A stretch of DNA of 64,000 nucleotides from Alphaproteobacteria bacterium. GTDB taxonomy: Bacteria > Pseudomonadota > Alphaproteobacteria > SP197. Made by a program: the position numbers and the translations under genes. Positions 49,304 to 59,708 of the stretch are shown here, one piece after another. Below the pieces are notes generated by a model. That model was not told the origin of the DNA, did not search any database, and saw only the letters and a list, made by a program, of their open reading frames with translations. Numbering within the stretch: the first letter of the stretch is position 1; each line of letters begins with the position of its first letter. The DNA lies in contig OZ245842.1 in NCBI GenBank assembly GCA_965228895.1, positions 2,048,001-2,112,000 on the forward strand. The letters run 5' to 3'.

Positions 49304-50623
49304 ATGGCCAATTCTCTCCTGGAGCGTGACGCAAAGGCGTTGGCCGCCATTGGCAAGCTCCGGTGTTTCCCCCTGACCATCAAACATGCGCGCGGCAACT
49401 ATCTGATCGAAGAGGATGGGCGTGAGGTGCTGGACATGGCGGCCTCGGCCGGCGCGGCCCTCCTGGGTTATGGCCACCCTGCCGTGGCGGAAGCCGCCCA
49501 ACGTGGAGTGACCGAGGCATGCAGTGCCTCCGATATGTTCGGCGCATCGGAAACCGCCGTCAGCCTGGCCGAGGAGCTCTTGGCGTTGGTCCCAGGACAG
49601 GGCGAACGCCGCGTCTGGTTCGGCCATAGCGGGTCGGATGCTAACGACACGGCCATGCGCGCGATCAGCGCGGCGACGGGGCGCCGGCGTTTCCTGTCGT
49701 TCTATGGCGCCTATCACGGCGGGGTGTCCGGCTCGATGTCAGTATCCAGCCACCCATCCCAGCAGCACAGCCTGCCACGCGCCGGTCTGGTCCAGATACC
49801 CTATCCCAACCCCTACCGGCCGTTCTCGGGCGAGGACGCGGCCAAGGCCGTGCTCGACTATCTCGACTTCGTGCTGGAATGCGGCGCGCCGCCGGACGAC
49901 ATCGGCGCTTGTTTCATTGAGCCGTTGCAGTCCGATGGCGGCATGATCGTGCCGCCGCCGGGTTTCTTGAAGGCGTTACAGGATCGTTGCCGCCGGCATG
50001 GCATTCTGCTTGTCAGCGACGAAGTGAAAGTCGGCCTGGGCCGGCCCGGCCGCTGGCATTGTTTCGAGTGCGAAGGCATCGAGCCGGATGTCGTTACCTT
50101 CGGCAAGGGGCTGGGCAGCGGCGTGCCGCTCTCGGCCATTGTCGCGCCGGCAGCGATCATGGATTGCCAGCCCGCTTTCGCGCTGATCACGACAACCGGT
50201 AATTCGGTTTGCACGTCGGTCGGGCGCGCGGTTTTGAAGACGATCGAGGACGAAGGCCTTGTCGCCAATGCCGCGGCGCGGGGCGACCAGATCATGGTGG
50301 GCCTGAAAGCCCTTCAGGCCGAGCATCCGATGCTGGGCGAAGTCCGGGGCAGGGGATTGGCCATCGGCCTTGAGCTGGTCAACGACCGTGAGACCCGCGA
50401 ACCGGCCGGTATGGCAGCCGCCAAGGTCGTCTTCCGGGCCTACCAGCTCGGTGTCGTCTGCACCTATGTCGGCATGTACTCCAACGTGCCGGAACTGACA
50501 CCGCCGCTGACGCTGAACGACAGCGAGGCCAAACTGGCGATCGATGTCATCGGCCAGGCGATCGACGATGTCGAGCAAGGCCGCGTCTCCGATGCCGATG
50601 TTGCCGAGTTTGCTGGTTGGTGA
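49304..50623 (+). CDS. Class III aminotransferase (GABA/putrescine type)
   Basis: SGSDAN, YHG, EPLQSDGG, DEVKVGLGR and FGKGLG (PLP Lys). Confidence 0.93.
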   Translation: MANSLLERDAKALAAIGKLRCFPLTIKHARGNYLIEEDGREVLDMAASAGAALLGYGHPAVAEAAQRGVTEACSASDMFGASETAVSLAEELLALVPGQGERRVWFGHSGSDANDTAMRAISAATGRRRFLSFYGAYHGGVSGSMSVSSHPSQQHSLPRAGLVQIPYPNPYRPFSGEDAAKAVLDYLDFVLECGAPPDDIGACFIEPLQSDGGMIVPPPGFLKALQDRCRRHGILLVSDEVKVGLGRPGRWHCFECEGIEPDVVTFGKGLGSGVPLSAIVAPAAIMDCQPAFALITTTGNSVCTSVGRAVLKTIEDEGLVANAAARGDQIMVGLKALQAEHPMLGEVRGRGLAIGLELVNDRETREPAGMAAAKVVFRAYQLGVVCTYVGMYSNVPELTPPLTLNDSEAKLAIDVIGQAIDDVEQGRVSDADVAEFAGW

Positions 50624-50624
50624 C

Positions 50625-51449
50625 GTGACGGATCCGGTGCTGAGCGTCGACGACGGCCCGCCCATTGAGGTGTTCAATCCCGATGGCCAGGCCGATTGTC
50701 TGGTGGTCTGCGATCACGCATCGAACAGGATTCCAGAGCGTTTTGCGAAGCTCGGTCTGGCCACTCAACACCTCGGCGAACACATCGCCTGGGATATCGG
50801 CGCCGCCGTCATGGCGCGGCGCTTGGCCGAGCGGCTCGACGCGCCTGCGATGCTGACGAGATTTTCGCGCCTTATCGTCGACTGCAACCGCTACCTCGAC
50901 CATCCCGCGGCCTTCGTTGCGGTCAGCGACGAGATCACCGTACCAGGCAACGCCGGACTGTCGGCAGAAGACAAAGAGGCCCGCGCCGCAGCGGTCTACT
51001 GGCCCTATCACGAGGCCATGGAGGCCTGGCTGGGTGATGCCGTGGCGAATGGGCGTGTCCCAACCCTTATCGCCTGTCACACGATGACGGATCGCATGCG
51101 CGGCAAGGACCACCGGCCCGAGGAAGTCACCGTATGCTGGGACCGAGACGCCCGTTTGGCGGTGCCGTTCATCGACAACCTGAAGGCAGTCGACGGTTTG
51201 GTTGTCGGCGATAACGTCCCTTATGGGCTCGACCTGGGCGAAGACTACACCGTGCCCGAGCACGCCATGCGCCGAGGATTGCCTCACTTGCAGTTCGAGG
51301 TGCGTCAGGATCTGGTCACCGAAGAGCGTGAAGCCGTGCGTTATGCCGACATACTGTATGACGCCATCGCCGAACCTCTGGCGTCATCTGACGCCCACCG
51401 TCTTGAGCACCATTGGCCGCTTGATAACGACATTCAGGTGCGCAGGTAG
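50625..51449 (+). CDS. N-formylglutamate amidohydrolase family protein
   Basis: CDHASN, HIAWDIG, SRL.VDCNR, PYH and EVRQDL motifs. Confidence 0.92.
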   Translation: MTDPVLSVDDGPPIEVFNPDGQADCLVVCDHASNRIPERFAKLGLATQHLGEHIAWDIGAAVMARRLAERLDAPAMLTRFSRLIVDCNRYLDHPAAFVAVSDEITVPGNAGLSAEDKEARAAAVYWPYHEAMEAWLGDAVANGRVPTLIACHTMTDRMRGKDHRPEEVTVCWDRDARLAVPFIDNLKAVDGLVVGDNVPYGLDLGEDYTVPEHAMRRGLPHLQFEVRQDLVTEEREAVRYADILYDAIAEPLASSDAHRLEHHWPLDNDIQVRR

Positions 51450-52849
51450 ACGTCGTCCAGGCGTTCGATGTCGTCTTCGCCGAGATAACTGCCGCACTGG
51501 ATCTCAATCAGGCGCATGGGGTCGTCGCCCAGGTTCTCGAGCCGGTGGACGGCGCCCAGAGGCACAAAGGTCGACTGGTTGGGGCCGAGATCGCGGACGT
51601 CGTCACCGACGGTGATACGGGCCGTGCCGCTGACCACGGTCCAGTGCTCGGATCGATGGGCATGGCGTTGCAGTGACAGGCGGCCACCCGGCTTGACCAT
51701 GATGTGCTTGACCTGAAACCCGTCGCCCGCGTCGATACTCTCGTAGTAGCCCCAGGGCCGGTAGACCTTGGCGGGGTCGATCTGCTCGTTGCGGCCGCGC
51801 TTCTCAAGCTCGCCGACAACCTGCTTGATTTCGTCGAGCCGGTCGCGCGGCGCGACCAGGACGGCATCCTTTGTCGCGACCACGACCATGTTTTTGAGGC
51901 CCAATGCCGCGACCAGGGGCCCCGATGAGTCGATCAAGCTGCCCTCGACGCCGATGGTGAGCGTGTTCCCGCGCTCGACATTGGCGCTTCTTGACGCCGC
52001 GGAGCGGCGCCACAGCTCGCCCCAGGAACCAACGTCGCTCCAGTCGCAATCCAAGGTCGTCGTTGCGGCCTTGGCGGTGCGTTCCATCACGGCATAGTCG
52101 ATAGAGATGTCCGACGCCCGGCTGAAACTCGCCGCATCCAATCGGATAAAATCGAGATCCCTTACCGCATCGGCATGGGCCTGCCGGCACGCTGCGACCG
52201 TCTCGGCATCGAAGGCTTCCAGCTCGGCAAGATAGGTCTTGGCGGTAAAAAGGAAGATGCCGCTGTTCCAGGTATAGCCACCTTCCGCCAGATAACGCTC
52301 CGCTGTCTGACGGTCAGGCTTTTCCTTGAATGTCGCGACCGCCTGAACCCCGTCCGCGACCTCATTGTCAGCGGCTTTGATGTAGCCATACCCGATTTCC
52401 GCGCGGTCCGGCGTAACGCCGAAGGTGACAACGTAACCGTCGTTGGCGGCGGGCAGGGCGCGCAGGACCGATTGGCGAAAACCTTCCGCCCGTTGGATCG
52501 CGTGGTCTGACGACATGATCAACAGCGTCGTTTCGGGCGCCAAAAGGGCGGCTGCGGCGATTGCCGGCGCGGTGTTACGCGCAACCGGCTCCAGCACGAT
52601 TGCGCCAGGCTCTACGCCCACTTCGCGCATCTGCTCGGCGGCGAGGAAGCGGTGCTGATCGTTGGCAATCACGATCGGGCGGTCGAAACGGGGATCGTCG
52701 GCAACGCGCAGAACGGTATCCTGAATCAAGCTCAAGTCGCTGGCCAAGGGCAGAAACTGCTTGGGCATGGACCGCCGCGAGGCCGGCCACAGGCGCGTTC
52801 CCGCGCCGCCCGACAAGATAATGGGGGTAATGAGGGGGGCGTTGCCCAT
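51434..52849 (-). CDS. manC: Mannose-1-phosphate guanylyltransferase / mannose-6-phosphate isomerase
   Basis: LSGGAGTRLWP, EP..RNTAPA, FKEKP, WSDVGSW, RPWG cupin, YLGEDDIER. Confidence 0.95.
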   Translation of the reverse strand: MGNAPLITPIILSGGAGTRLWPASRRSMPKQFLPLASDLSLIQDTVLRVADDPRFDRPIVIANDQHRFLAAEQMREVGVEPGAIVLEPVARNTAPAIAAAALLAPETTLLIMSSDHAIQRAEGFRQSVLRALPAANDGYVVTFGVTPDRAEIGYGYIKAADNEVADGVQAVATFKEKPDRQTAERYLAEGGYTWNSGIFLFTAKTYLAELEAFDAETVAACRQAHADAVRDLDFIRLDAASFSRASDISIDYAVMERTAKAATTTLDCDWSDVGSWGELWRRSAASRSANVERGNTLTIGVEGSLIDSSGPLVAALGLKNMVVVATKDAVLVAPRDRLDEIKQVVGELEKRGRNEQIDPAKVYRPWGYYESIDAGDGFQVKHIMVKPGGRLSLQRHAHRSEHWTVVSGTARITVGDDVRDLGPNQSTFVPLGAVHRLENLGDDPMRLIEIQCGSYLGEDDIERLDDVYLRT

Positions 52850-53000
52850 GCTGGCGATCGTCTCCAGTTGAATCCGCTCTGATGCTATGAATAGAGCAGA
52901 TTCACCTGCTTTGACGGAATCGCGAAGCGACTTTATCAAAAAACGGGATCTGCTCTAACGGCGCGCGGACTTTACAAGGACGCCGGTCCGGCCGCAAAAG

Positions 53001-53804
53001 ATGACCATGTTTACGCTTTCCCAGATCGCGCGCGGCCTGACCCAACCGGGCAATGCTCTGGTTCTCCTGCTGGCCTTTGGCCTTCTTCTGACCCTGTGGC
53101 GGGGTACCCGGCGATCGGGCCACCGCGTGATGGGCGTTGCGGCCGTCTTGCTGGTGCTGATCATGCTCTTGCCGGTCGGCGCCTGGTTGCTGGTGCCGCT
53201 GGAGAACCGGTTTCCCCGGCCTGAGCCGATGCCGGAGACGGTCGCCGGCATTATTGTCTTGGGTGGTGGCCAGGATGCGCGGCTGACCGTCGACCGCGGG
53301 GCCGTCACGGTCAACGGCGCGGCCGAGCGCATGATCGAGGGCGTTGGCCTGATGGCGCGTTATCCCGACGCCGACGTTTACTTCACCGGTGGCCTGGGCG
53401 TGCCAGGCATGACCGAGGCCGATGTCGCGCGTGAGTTCTTCAGCCTGATGGGCGCCGACATGGACCGCATCCGTTTCGAGATGGGCGCACGAAACACTTA
53501 CGAGAACGCCATTTTGTTGCATGACCTCGTCGAACCTGCGCCGGGCCAGATTTGGCTTCTGGTGACGTCGGCATCGCACATGACCCGGTCTGTGGCGTCA
53601 TTCCGCCAAGCCGGATGGTCGGTGACCGCCTATCCGGTGGACTATCAGACGCCGCGAGCCGGCGATTGGCGGATCGGGTTCTCGGCATCCGGCCATCTGC
53701 GCGGCCTGGACATCGCGCTGCACGAATACATTGGCCTCATCGCCTATTGGGCGCTGGGCAGGATCGATGACCCCTGGCCTGGGCCGGAGGCGTCACCGGG
53801 CTAG
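53001..53804 (+). CDS. YdcF/DUF218 family membrane protein
   Basis: IIVLGGG, TGG, NTYENA, LVTSASHM and HEYIG motifs. Confidence 0.9.
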   Translation: MTMFTLSQIARGLTQPGNALVLLLAFGLLLTLWRGTRRSGHRVMGVAAVLLVLIMLLPVGAWLLVPLENRFPRPEPMPETVAGIIVLGGGQDARLTVDRGAVTVNGAAERMIEGVGLMARYPDADVYFTGGLGVPGMTEADVAREFFSLMGADMDRIRFEMGARNTYENAILLHDLVEPAPGQIWLLVTSASHMTRSVASFRQAGWSVTAYPVDYQTPRAGDWRIGFSASGHLRGLDIALHEYIGLIAYWALGRIDDPWPGPEASPG

Positions 53805-54772
53805 AGCTTGTGATAGTCGCGGTACCAGTCGACGAAGCGCGGAATGCCGTCGTCGATGGTCGTCGCGGGCTCGAAGCCCAAGTCGTTCCGGCTGGCTTCG
53901 ATATCGGCGTAGGTCTCCTTGACGTCGCCCGGCTGCATCGGTTCCAGGATAATTTCGGCCTTCAGTTGCAAGGCCTGTTCGATGACGTTGATGAAACGCA
54001 TCAACGGCTCGCTCTTGTGGTTGCCGAGGTTGTAGATCCGGTGCGGCGGTGAATCGTCGGGGATGTTATCCAGGCTGGCAAGGACACCGGCGACGATGTC
54101 GTCGATATAGGTGAAGTCGCGCATCATATCGCCGTTGTTGAACACCCTAATCGGGCGGCGTTCCGAGATCGCCTTGGTGAATATGAAGGCCGACATGTCC
54201 GGTCGGCCCCAGGGACCGTACACCGTGAAGAATCGCAGGCCGGTCGCCGGAATGCCGTAGAGATGGCTATAGCAGCGCGCCATCAATTCGCCCGCGCGCT
54301 TGGTCGCGGCATAGAGCGAGACCGGATTGTCGACCCGGTCGTCGACCGAGAACGGGATATCGGTGTTGCCGCCGTAGACCGACGATGAGCTGGCGTAGAC
54401 CATATGTTTCATGCCGTCGACATGGCGCGCCAGCTCAAGCATGTTGAGATGACCTTCGACATTGGCGCTCGTGTAGTCGTGCGGATGATCAAGCGAATGG
54501 CGAACGCCCGCCTGCGCGGCCAGATGCACGATCCGATCGATGTCTGGATGGCTGCTGGAAAGCGCTGAAACCGCGTCTTTGTCGGCGATATCAAGACGCT
54601 CGAAGGTGAAACCCTTCTGGTCGGTCAGCGTCGCAAGCCGAGCCTCTTTGAGATTCACATCGTAATAGGTGTTGAGGTTGTCGATGCCGACGACCTCATC
54701 ACCGCGCGCCAACAGTGCGCGCGACACGTGGGATCCGATGAAACCGGCCGCGCCGGTCACGAGGACACTCAT
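53801..54772 (-). CDS. UDP-glucuronate 4-epimerase (extended SDR)
   Basis: GAAGFIG, LAAQAGVR, YAATK, YGPWGRPDM and MQPGDV motifs. Confidence 0.92.
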   Translation of the reverse strand: MSVLVTGAAGFIGSHVSRALLARGDEVVGIDNLNTYYDVNLKEARLATLTDQKGFTFERLDIADKDAVSALSSSHPDIDRIVHLAAQAGVRHSLDHPHDYTSANVEGHLNMLELARHVDGMKHMVYASSSSVYGGNTDIPFSVDDRVDNPVSLYAATKRAGELMARCYSHLYGIPATGLRFFTVYGPWGRPDMSAFIFTKAISERRPIRVFNNGDMMRDFTYIDDIVAGVLASLDNIPDDSPPHRIYNLGNHKSEPLMRFINVIEQALQLKAEIILEPMQPGDVKETYADIEASRNDLGFEPATTIDDGIPRFVDWYRDYHKL

Positions 54773-54850
54773 GTGGTCTTTCCCGTCGATTGAGCCCGAT
54801 CGTCGCCCACAAACGGCGGGGAACTGGCGGACAAGCGCTCTTGGTGCTGT

Positions 54851-55891
54851 CTAGCGGTGACGTTCGTCGAACGCAAGGCTGTCGGCGCCACGCTGGTAAA
54901 CCCCGCCGCGACTGTTGAGAACCGGTTGGAAACCCAGCGAACGCAGGACGTCGCGCGTATGACCGATCCCGCGGGTCGTGGCCGCCGTCTCATAGTTGAA
55001 GAGACTTGCCGGATCGGCGGCGCGCAGGGCCGCCGCATCGAGCAGGATGTGCGCGGGGTCGAAGGGCGGTCCGACCGGCGCGAACACGGCGCGCTTCGCA
55101 ATGGCGGCAGGCAAGGCCTCCAGATTGCGCTCCAAAGCCGACGTATAGCCATAAGAACTCTCGACGCAGACCCGGTTGAGCGGCGCGTGCTCAAGCAGAT
55201 GGCCCAGAATGCCGGCGATGTCGACATTGCCGGTCCCACAGGCGACGCCGACCACCCGGTAACCATCGTCGGTCTTGGCCAGCACATGGTCTTTCAAGTG
55301 GACCGCGTGCACCCACGGCGCCATGGCCGCCGCCGCGTCGACCGGGTCTTCGACGACGTTCATGGAGTTGCCGAAGTCATAGAGTGCCTGGACTGCCGGA
55401 TGATTTACGGTATCAAGGATCTCAGCGACCTCAGCACCGGTGAACTCTTCGTGGTTCTCCAACAGCAGCATGATGCCCTGATCGGCGACCCGGACCGCCG
55501 CTTGCTTTAGATCCGCAACCGTCTTGGCCATGATTTCCGCGGTCGTGCCGGTATGACGTGTGTAGGTCCTCAGCTTGTCCGCACCGATCTGCCGCGCGGC
55601 CATCGCCATGGTAGCCAGGTGATCGGGGTCGGTGCCGGACGTATCCGTCTCGACAAAAAATCCGGCATCGCTGGCGGCCTCGGCGATCGCGGCAAGGCGT
55701 GCTGGATCGGTGCCGCCGGCGCAGCGAAAGTTTTGGCCGTTCATGCTGATGTGAACACCGGCAACGCCCAGGTCGACGGCCCGATCGATGAAGGCGAAGG
55801 CATCGAAGCCCGGCTGGTGCAGAAAGTGCTGCTCGAAGCAGAATGTGTGCAGGCCGATGCGCACTGTCTGGGTGGTCTCGGGTGTCGGCAT
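54851..55891 (-). CDS. Sugar phosphate isomerase/epimerase (xylose isomerase-like TIM barrel)
   Basis: LENHE, DFGN, HLKD and G.G.VD motifs. Confidence 0.82.
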   Translation of the reverse strand: MPTPETTQTVRIGLHTFCFEQHFLHQPGFDAFAFIDRAVDLGVAGVHISMNGQNFRCAGGTDPARLAAIAEAASDAGFFVETDTSGTDPDHLATMAMAARQIGADKLRTYTRHTGTTAEIMAKTVADLKQAAVRVADQGIMLLLENHEEFTGAEVAEILDTVNHPAVQALYDFGNSMNVVEDPVDAAAAMAPWVHAVHLKDHVLAKTDDGYRVVGVACGTGNVDIAGILGHLLEHAPLNRVCVESSYGYTSALERNLEALPAAIAKRAVFAPVGPPFDPAHILLDAAALRAADPASLFNYETAATTRGIGHTRDVLRSLGFQPVLNSRGGVYQRGADSLAFDERHR

Positions 55892-55893
55892 TG

Positions 55894-56877
55894 TCAGGAT
55901 CCGTATTGCGACAACATGTCGCAGAAAACAGTGTGGTCGACATTGCCGCCCGATGCGACGACGGCGACCGACTTGCCGTCCAGGGGCAACTTGCCGCTGG
56001 TGACCGCGGCCAGCGCAGCCGCGCCGCCGGGTTCCAGGACTATTTTGAGATAGCGGAAGGCAAGCGCCATGGCGCTGCCCACATCGTCTTCGCTGACCGC
56101 AAAGCCATCGGTCACAAGTCGGCGGTTGATGGCGAACGTCAGTTCACCGGGCGTCGAAGCGAGCAGGGCATCACACAGCGACGGCGTAACCGTCTCGATC
56201 CGTTGCCGCGTGCCTGCTTCAAGCGAACGCTTGGTATCGTCCCAACCTTCGGGTTCGGCGGTATGGATTGTCGCGCCGGGTAGACGTTCACCAAGGGCGA
56301 CGGCGCTTCCGGCGGTCAGGCCGCCGCCACCGCAGCACACGACGACGTGGTCGAGAGCCACGCCGCGTTCCCCGGCCTGTTCGGCAATCTCGAGGCCCAC
56401 CGTGCCTTGTCCCGCTATGATTTGGGGGTCGTCATAAGGTGGAACGACGGCACGGCCCTGTTCCCGGGCGATTTCGAGGGCGATGGTTTCCCGGTCGGCC
56501 CCGTGGCGCGGATAGGTCACGACCTCCGCGCCCCAGGCGCGGGTGTTGTCGAGTTTCACCGCCGGTGCGTCGTCCGGCATCACGATCACCGCAGGCGTCT
56601 TGAGGAAACGCGCGGCCGCAGCCACGCCCTGGGCGTGATTGCCCGATGAATAGGCGACAACACCGCGCTCTCTGGCTGCCGCATCGAGCTGGCTGATTTT
56701 GTTGAAGGCGCCACGAAACTTGAACGAGCCGGTCAGCTGCAGGTTCTCGGCCTTGACCAGTAACCGGCCGCCAAGCCGTTCGTTGAGCAATGGCGCTTCG
56801 AGCAGGGGCGTCACGACTGCTTGGCCGCGCAACCTCTCAGCGGCCGCCTCGATGTCGCTGAAACCAGGCTCGTTCAT
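55894..56877 (-). CDS. Threonine/serine dehydratase (PLP)
   Basis: GSFKFRGA, SSGNHA, GGGGL, EPGGA and SGGN motifs. Confidence 0.93.
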   Translation of the reverse strand: MNEPGFSDIEAAAERLRGQAVVTPLLEAPLLNERLGGRLLVKAENLQLTGSFKFRGAFNKISQLDAAARERGVVAYSSGNHAQGVAAAARFLKTPAVIVMPDDAPAVKLDNTRAWGAEVVTYPRHGADRETIALEIAREQGRAVVPPYDDPQIIAGQGTVGLEIAEQAGERGVALDHVVVCCGGGGLTAGSAVALGERLPGATIHTAEPEGWDDTKRSLEAGTRQRIETVTPSLCDALLASTPGELTFAINRRLVTDGFAVSEDDVGSAMALAFRYLKIVLEPGGAAALAAVTSGKLPLDGKSVAVVASGGNVDHTVFCDMLSQYGS

Positions 56878-57563
56878 GGGCCGGCCAAGAGAGGCAGCAA
56901 CTCGTTCAACTGGCTGATTTCAGCTTTTGGAGTGCCAGGCAGGCGTTCGCGCGGTTGACCGAAACGGTTGATCCAGACGACCTGGAATCCGTAGTTCGCC
57001 GCGCCCGCCACATCCCATGCATTCGACGATAGAAAACAGATCTCTTGCGATGCCAGGCCAAAGGCCTGGTTGGCCATGCGATAGGTGTTGGAGTCCGGTT
57101 TGAAGATACCGCAGGCCTCGACCGAGAGGACATGGTCAAACAAAGGAACCAGACCCGCGTTCTCGACGGCGGCCCGCAGCATGGTTGGTGCGCCGTTGGA
57201 GAGGATGGCCAGCGATAACCCGCGCTCGCGCAGAACCGCCAGCGTCTCCGGCACCTCGTCATAGGCGTCGAGCGCGAGATAGGCCTGCATCAAATCGTCC
57301 TTGAGCCCGTCGTCGCTGATGCCGGCGTCGGCAAAGGCGTAGTCGAGGGCATCCGCCGTGACCTGCCAGAAATCGGCGTGCCGGCCCATAAGGCTGCGCA
57401 GCCACGTGTATTCCAGCTGTTTCTGGCGCCACAGCCCTGAAACGGCATCGGCATGGCCACCCAAACGCTCGCGGTGGCGTCCTACCGCGGAATGCACATC
57501 GAACAAGGTCCCATAAGCGTCAAAGGCGCATGCTTTGACGCCGACGATCGGTGTCGAACCCAT
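56874..57563 (-). CDS. Haloacid dehalogenase type II
   Basis: FDAYGTL, LSNG, FKP and SSNAWD motifs. Confidence 0.93.
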   Translation of the reverse strand: MGSTPIVGVKACAFDAYGTLFDVHSAVGRHRERLGGHADAVSGLWRQKQLEYTWLRSLMGRHADFWQVTADALDYAFADAGISDDGLKDDLMQAYLALDAYDEVPETLAVLRERGLSLAILSNGAPTMLRAAVENAGLVPLFDHVLSVEACGIFKPDSNTYRMANQAFGLASQEICFLSSNAWDVAGAANYGFQVVWINRFGQPRERLPGTPKAEISQLNELLPLLAGP

Positions 57564-57701
57564 GGTTTGCCCTTCTTGACGTTCGGCGCGAAGCTAACCG
57601 AGCCTCACGATCTTGGCGAGCCTTGCTTGCAGCGCGACGTTACCTGGCATTATGGTGCGCCGATTCTGACCTTCCGCCATCATCAGCCCATGGAGAGTAC
57701 G

Positions 57702-58577
57702 ATGTTCAAGGGGTCTTTCGTTGCCCTCGTCACGTTGTTCCGAAACGGGCAGGTGGACGAGAAAGGTTATCAGGACTTCGTCAACTGGCAGATCGAGCAG
57801 GGGACCAACGGCCTGGTGCCGATGGGCACCACCGGTGAATCGCCCACCTTGTCGCACGATGAGGATATGCGCGTCGTCAAGCTGTGCATCGAGGCCGCCG
57901 GCGGGCGTGTCCCGGTTATCGCGGGAACCGGCTCCAATTCGACGGCGGAATGCATCGAACTGTCGCAAAGCGCCAAGGAGGCGGGCGCGGACGCGGTGCT
58001 GATCGTCACCGGCTACTACAACAAGCCGACCCAGGAAGGGCTTTACCAGCACTACAAGGCGGTAAACGACGCCGTCGACATTCCGATCGTCGTCTACAAC
58101 ATTCCCGGGCGCACCGGCGTCGACATCTCGGTCGAGACCATGGCCCGCATCGCCAGTCTGCCGAATGTCGTCGGGTGCAAGGAATCAACGGCAGCCGCCG
58201 ATCGGGTGTCCAAGCAACGGGCGCGCATTGGAACAGGGTTTTGCCAATTGTCCGGCGAAGACGCGGCCGTCCTCGGCCTGCTGGGCATGGGCGGTCACGG
58301 CTGCATCTCGGTCACCGCGAACGTCGCGCCGGCGCTGTGCTCGGCCATGCACAGGGCTTGGCACGAAGGCGAGCATGAAGCGGCGCGTGAAATCCAGGAT
58401 CGTCTGATGCCGCTGCACGAGTCTCTCTTCGCCGAAACCAGCCCCGCACCAATCAAGTTTGCGGCGTCGTTGTTGGGTTATGGTGATGGCTCGGTGCGTC
58501 TGCCGCTGGTCGAGCCGGGGCCGGCGACCAAGGAGCGGGTTGCCCAGGCCATGCGTGGCCTTGGGTTGATCGCGTAA
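57702..58577 (+). CDS. dapA: 4-hydroxy-tetrahydrodipicolinate synthase
   Basis: GTTGES, YYNKP, YNIPGRT and G.KES motifs. Confidence 0.96.
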   Translation: MFKGSFVALVTLFRNGQVDEKGYQDFVNWQIEQGTNGLVPMGTTGESPTLSHDEDMRVVKLCIEAAGGRVPVIAGTGSNSTAECIELSQSAKEAGADAVLIVTGYYNKPTQEGLYQHYKAVNDAVDIPIVVYNIPGRTGVDISVETMARIASLPNVVGCKESTAAADRVSKQRARIGTGFCQLSGEDAAVLGLLGMGGHGCISVTANVAPALCSAMHRAWHEGEHEAAREIQDRLMPLHESLFAETSPAPIKFAASLLGYGDGSVRLPLVEPGPATKERVAQAMRGLGLIA

Positions 58578-58584
58578 CGGCGCC

Positions 58585-59061
58585 ATGGCCAAAAAGAAGG
58601 CCGAACCGACGAGCCTGACTGTGGCGCGTAACCGCAAAGCGCGCCGTGACTACTTCCTGGACGAGGAGTTCGAGGCCGGCATCCAATTGACCGGTACCGA
58701 GGTGAAGTCGCTGCGTGAGGGCCGGGCGACCATCAACGAGGCGTTCGCGCGAGAGAAGGATGGCGAGATCTGGCTTGAAGGGATGCATATCCCCGAATAC
58801 GACCCCGCAGGCCGGACCAACCACGAACCCAACCGGTCGCGCAAGCTGCTGCTGCACCGGCGCGAGATCAGCCGCCTGATCGGCGCCACGAACCGCTCGG
58901 GGCAGACACTCGTGCCTTTGAGCCTCTACTTTAACCGGCGCGGCATTGCGAAGGTCTCGTTGGCTCTGGCCCGCGGTAAACATACGTATGACAAGCGCCA
59001 AGCGGTCCGTGACCGCGACTGGCAGAGGCAGAAAGCAAGGCTTTTGCGCGACCGCGGCTGA
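58585..59061 (+). CDS. smpB: SsrA-binding protein
   Basis: [25 protein letters not shown] and YDKR motifs. Confidence 0.98.
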   Translation: MAKKKAEPTSLTVARNRKARRDYFLDEEFEAGIQLTGTEVKSLREGRATINEAFAREKDGEIWLEGMHIPEYDPAGRTNHEPNRSRKLLLHRREISRLIGATNRSGQTLVPLSLYFNRRGIAKVSLALARGKHTYDKRQAVRDRDWQRQKARLLRDRG

Positions 59062-59075
59062 CCGCCGGGCCTTCC

Positions 59076-59708
59076 TTAGAGCTGTTCTTGAATCTGGGCA
59101 AAGACGGCCTCGAACATGGCGGGTGTCAGGCGGCCGGTGTTCGTGTTGAGACGCGAGCAATGGTAGCTATCGACCAGCTTTAGGTCGTCACCGACATCGT
59201 GATCAGCGGCGTGGCCAAAACGAAATTGCGATTGTTTGTGGCCCAACGCCCGCAGCACCGCGTTATGGGAGATGCCGCCGAGTGCCAAGATTACGCGCAG
59301 CTTGGTCATGGCACCGAGCTCGCGCGCCAGAAAGCCGTTGCAGGCGCTGATTTCGCTGCCGATGGGTTTGTTCTGAGGCGGCACGCACCGAACCGCATTG
59401 GTGATGCGGCTGTTGATCAACCGAAGACCATCATCAGGGCGCGCTTCAAACACACCTTCGGCGAAGCCGGTCTTGATCAGCGTGGGATAAAGCAGATCTC
59501 CCGCGCCATCGCCGGTGAACGGCCGGCCGGTCCGGTTGGCGCCTTTCAGGCCCGGCGCCAAGCCAACGACCAGCAATTGCGCGTCTCGCGGGCCGAACGC
59601 GGGGACGGGCGCGTTGTGCCAATCGGGGTGGCGCCCCCGGATATCCAGCCGAAAGTCGACCAGGCGCGGACAAAGCGCGCAGTCCCGAGCCGGCGCGAAC
59701 CCGCTCAC
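59076..59708 (-). CDS. Uracil-DNA glycosylase (family 5-like)
   Basis: C..CPRL, GLAPG..GANRTGRPFTGD, RCVPP.NKP and YHCS motifs. Confidence 0.93.
   Translation of the reverse strand: MSGFAPARDCALCPRLVDFRLDIRGRHPDWHNAPVPAFGPRDAQLLVVGLAPGLKGANRTGRPFTGDGAGDLLYPTLIKTGFAEGVFEARPDDGLRLINSRITNAVRCVPPQNKPIGSEISACNGFLARELGAMTKLRVILALGGISHNAVLRALGHKQSQFRFGHAADHDVGDDLKLVDSYHCSRLNTNTGRLTPAMFEAVFAQIQEQL

Noticed and set aside
51434-54772. manC and UDP-glucuronate epimerase as sugar suppliers for the GT41 locus
   Set aside because: They are 15 kb away, beyond an unrelated cluster, with no shared motif; likely general envelope functions.
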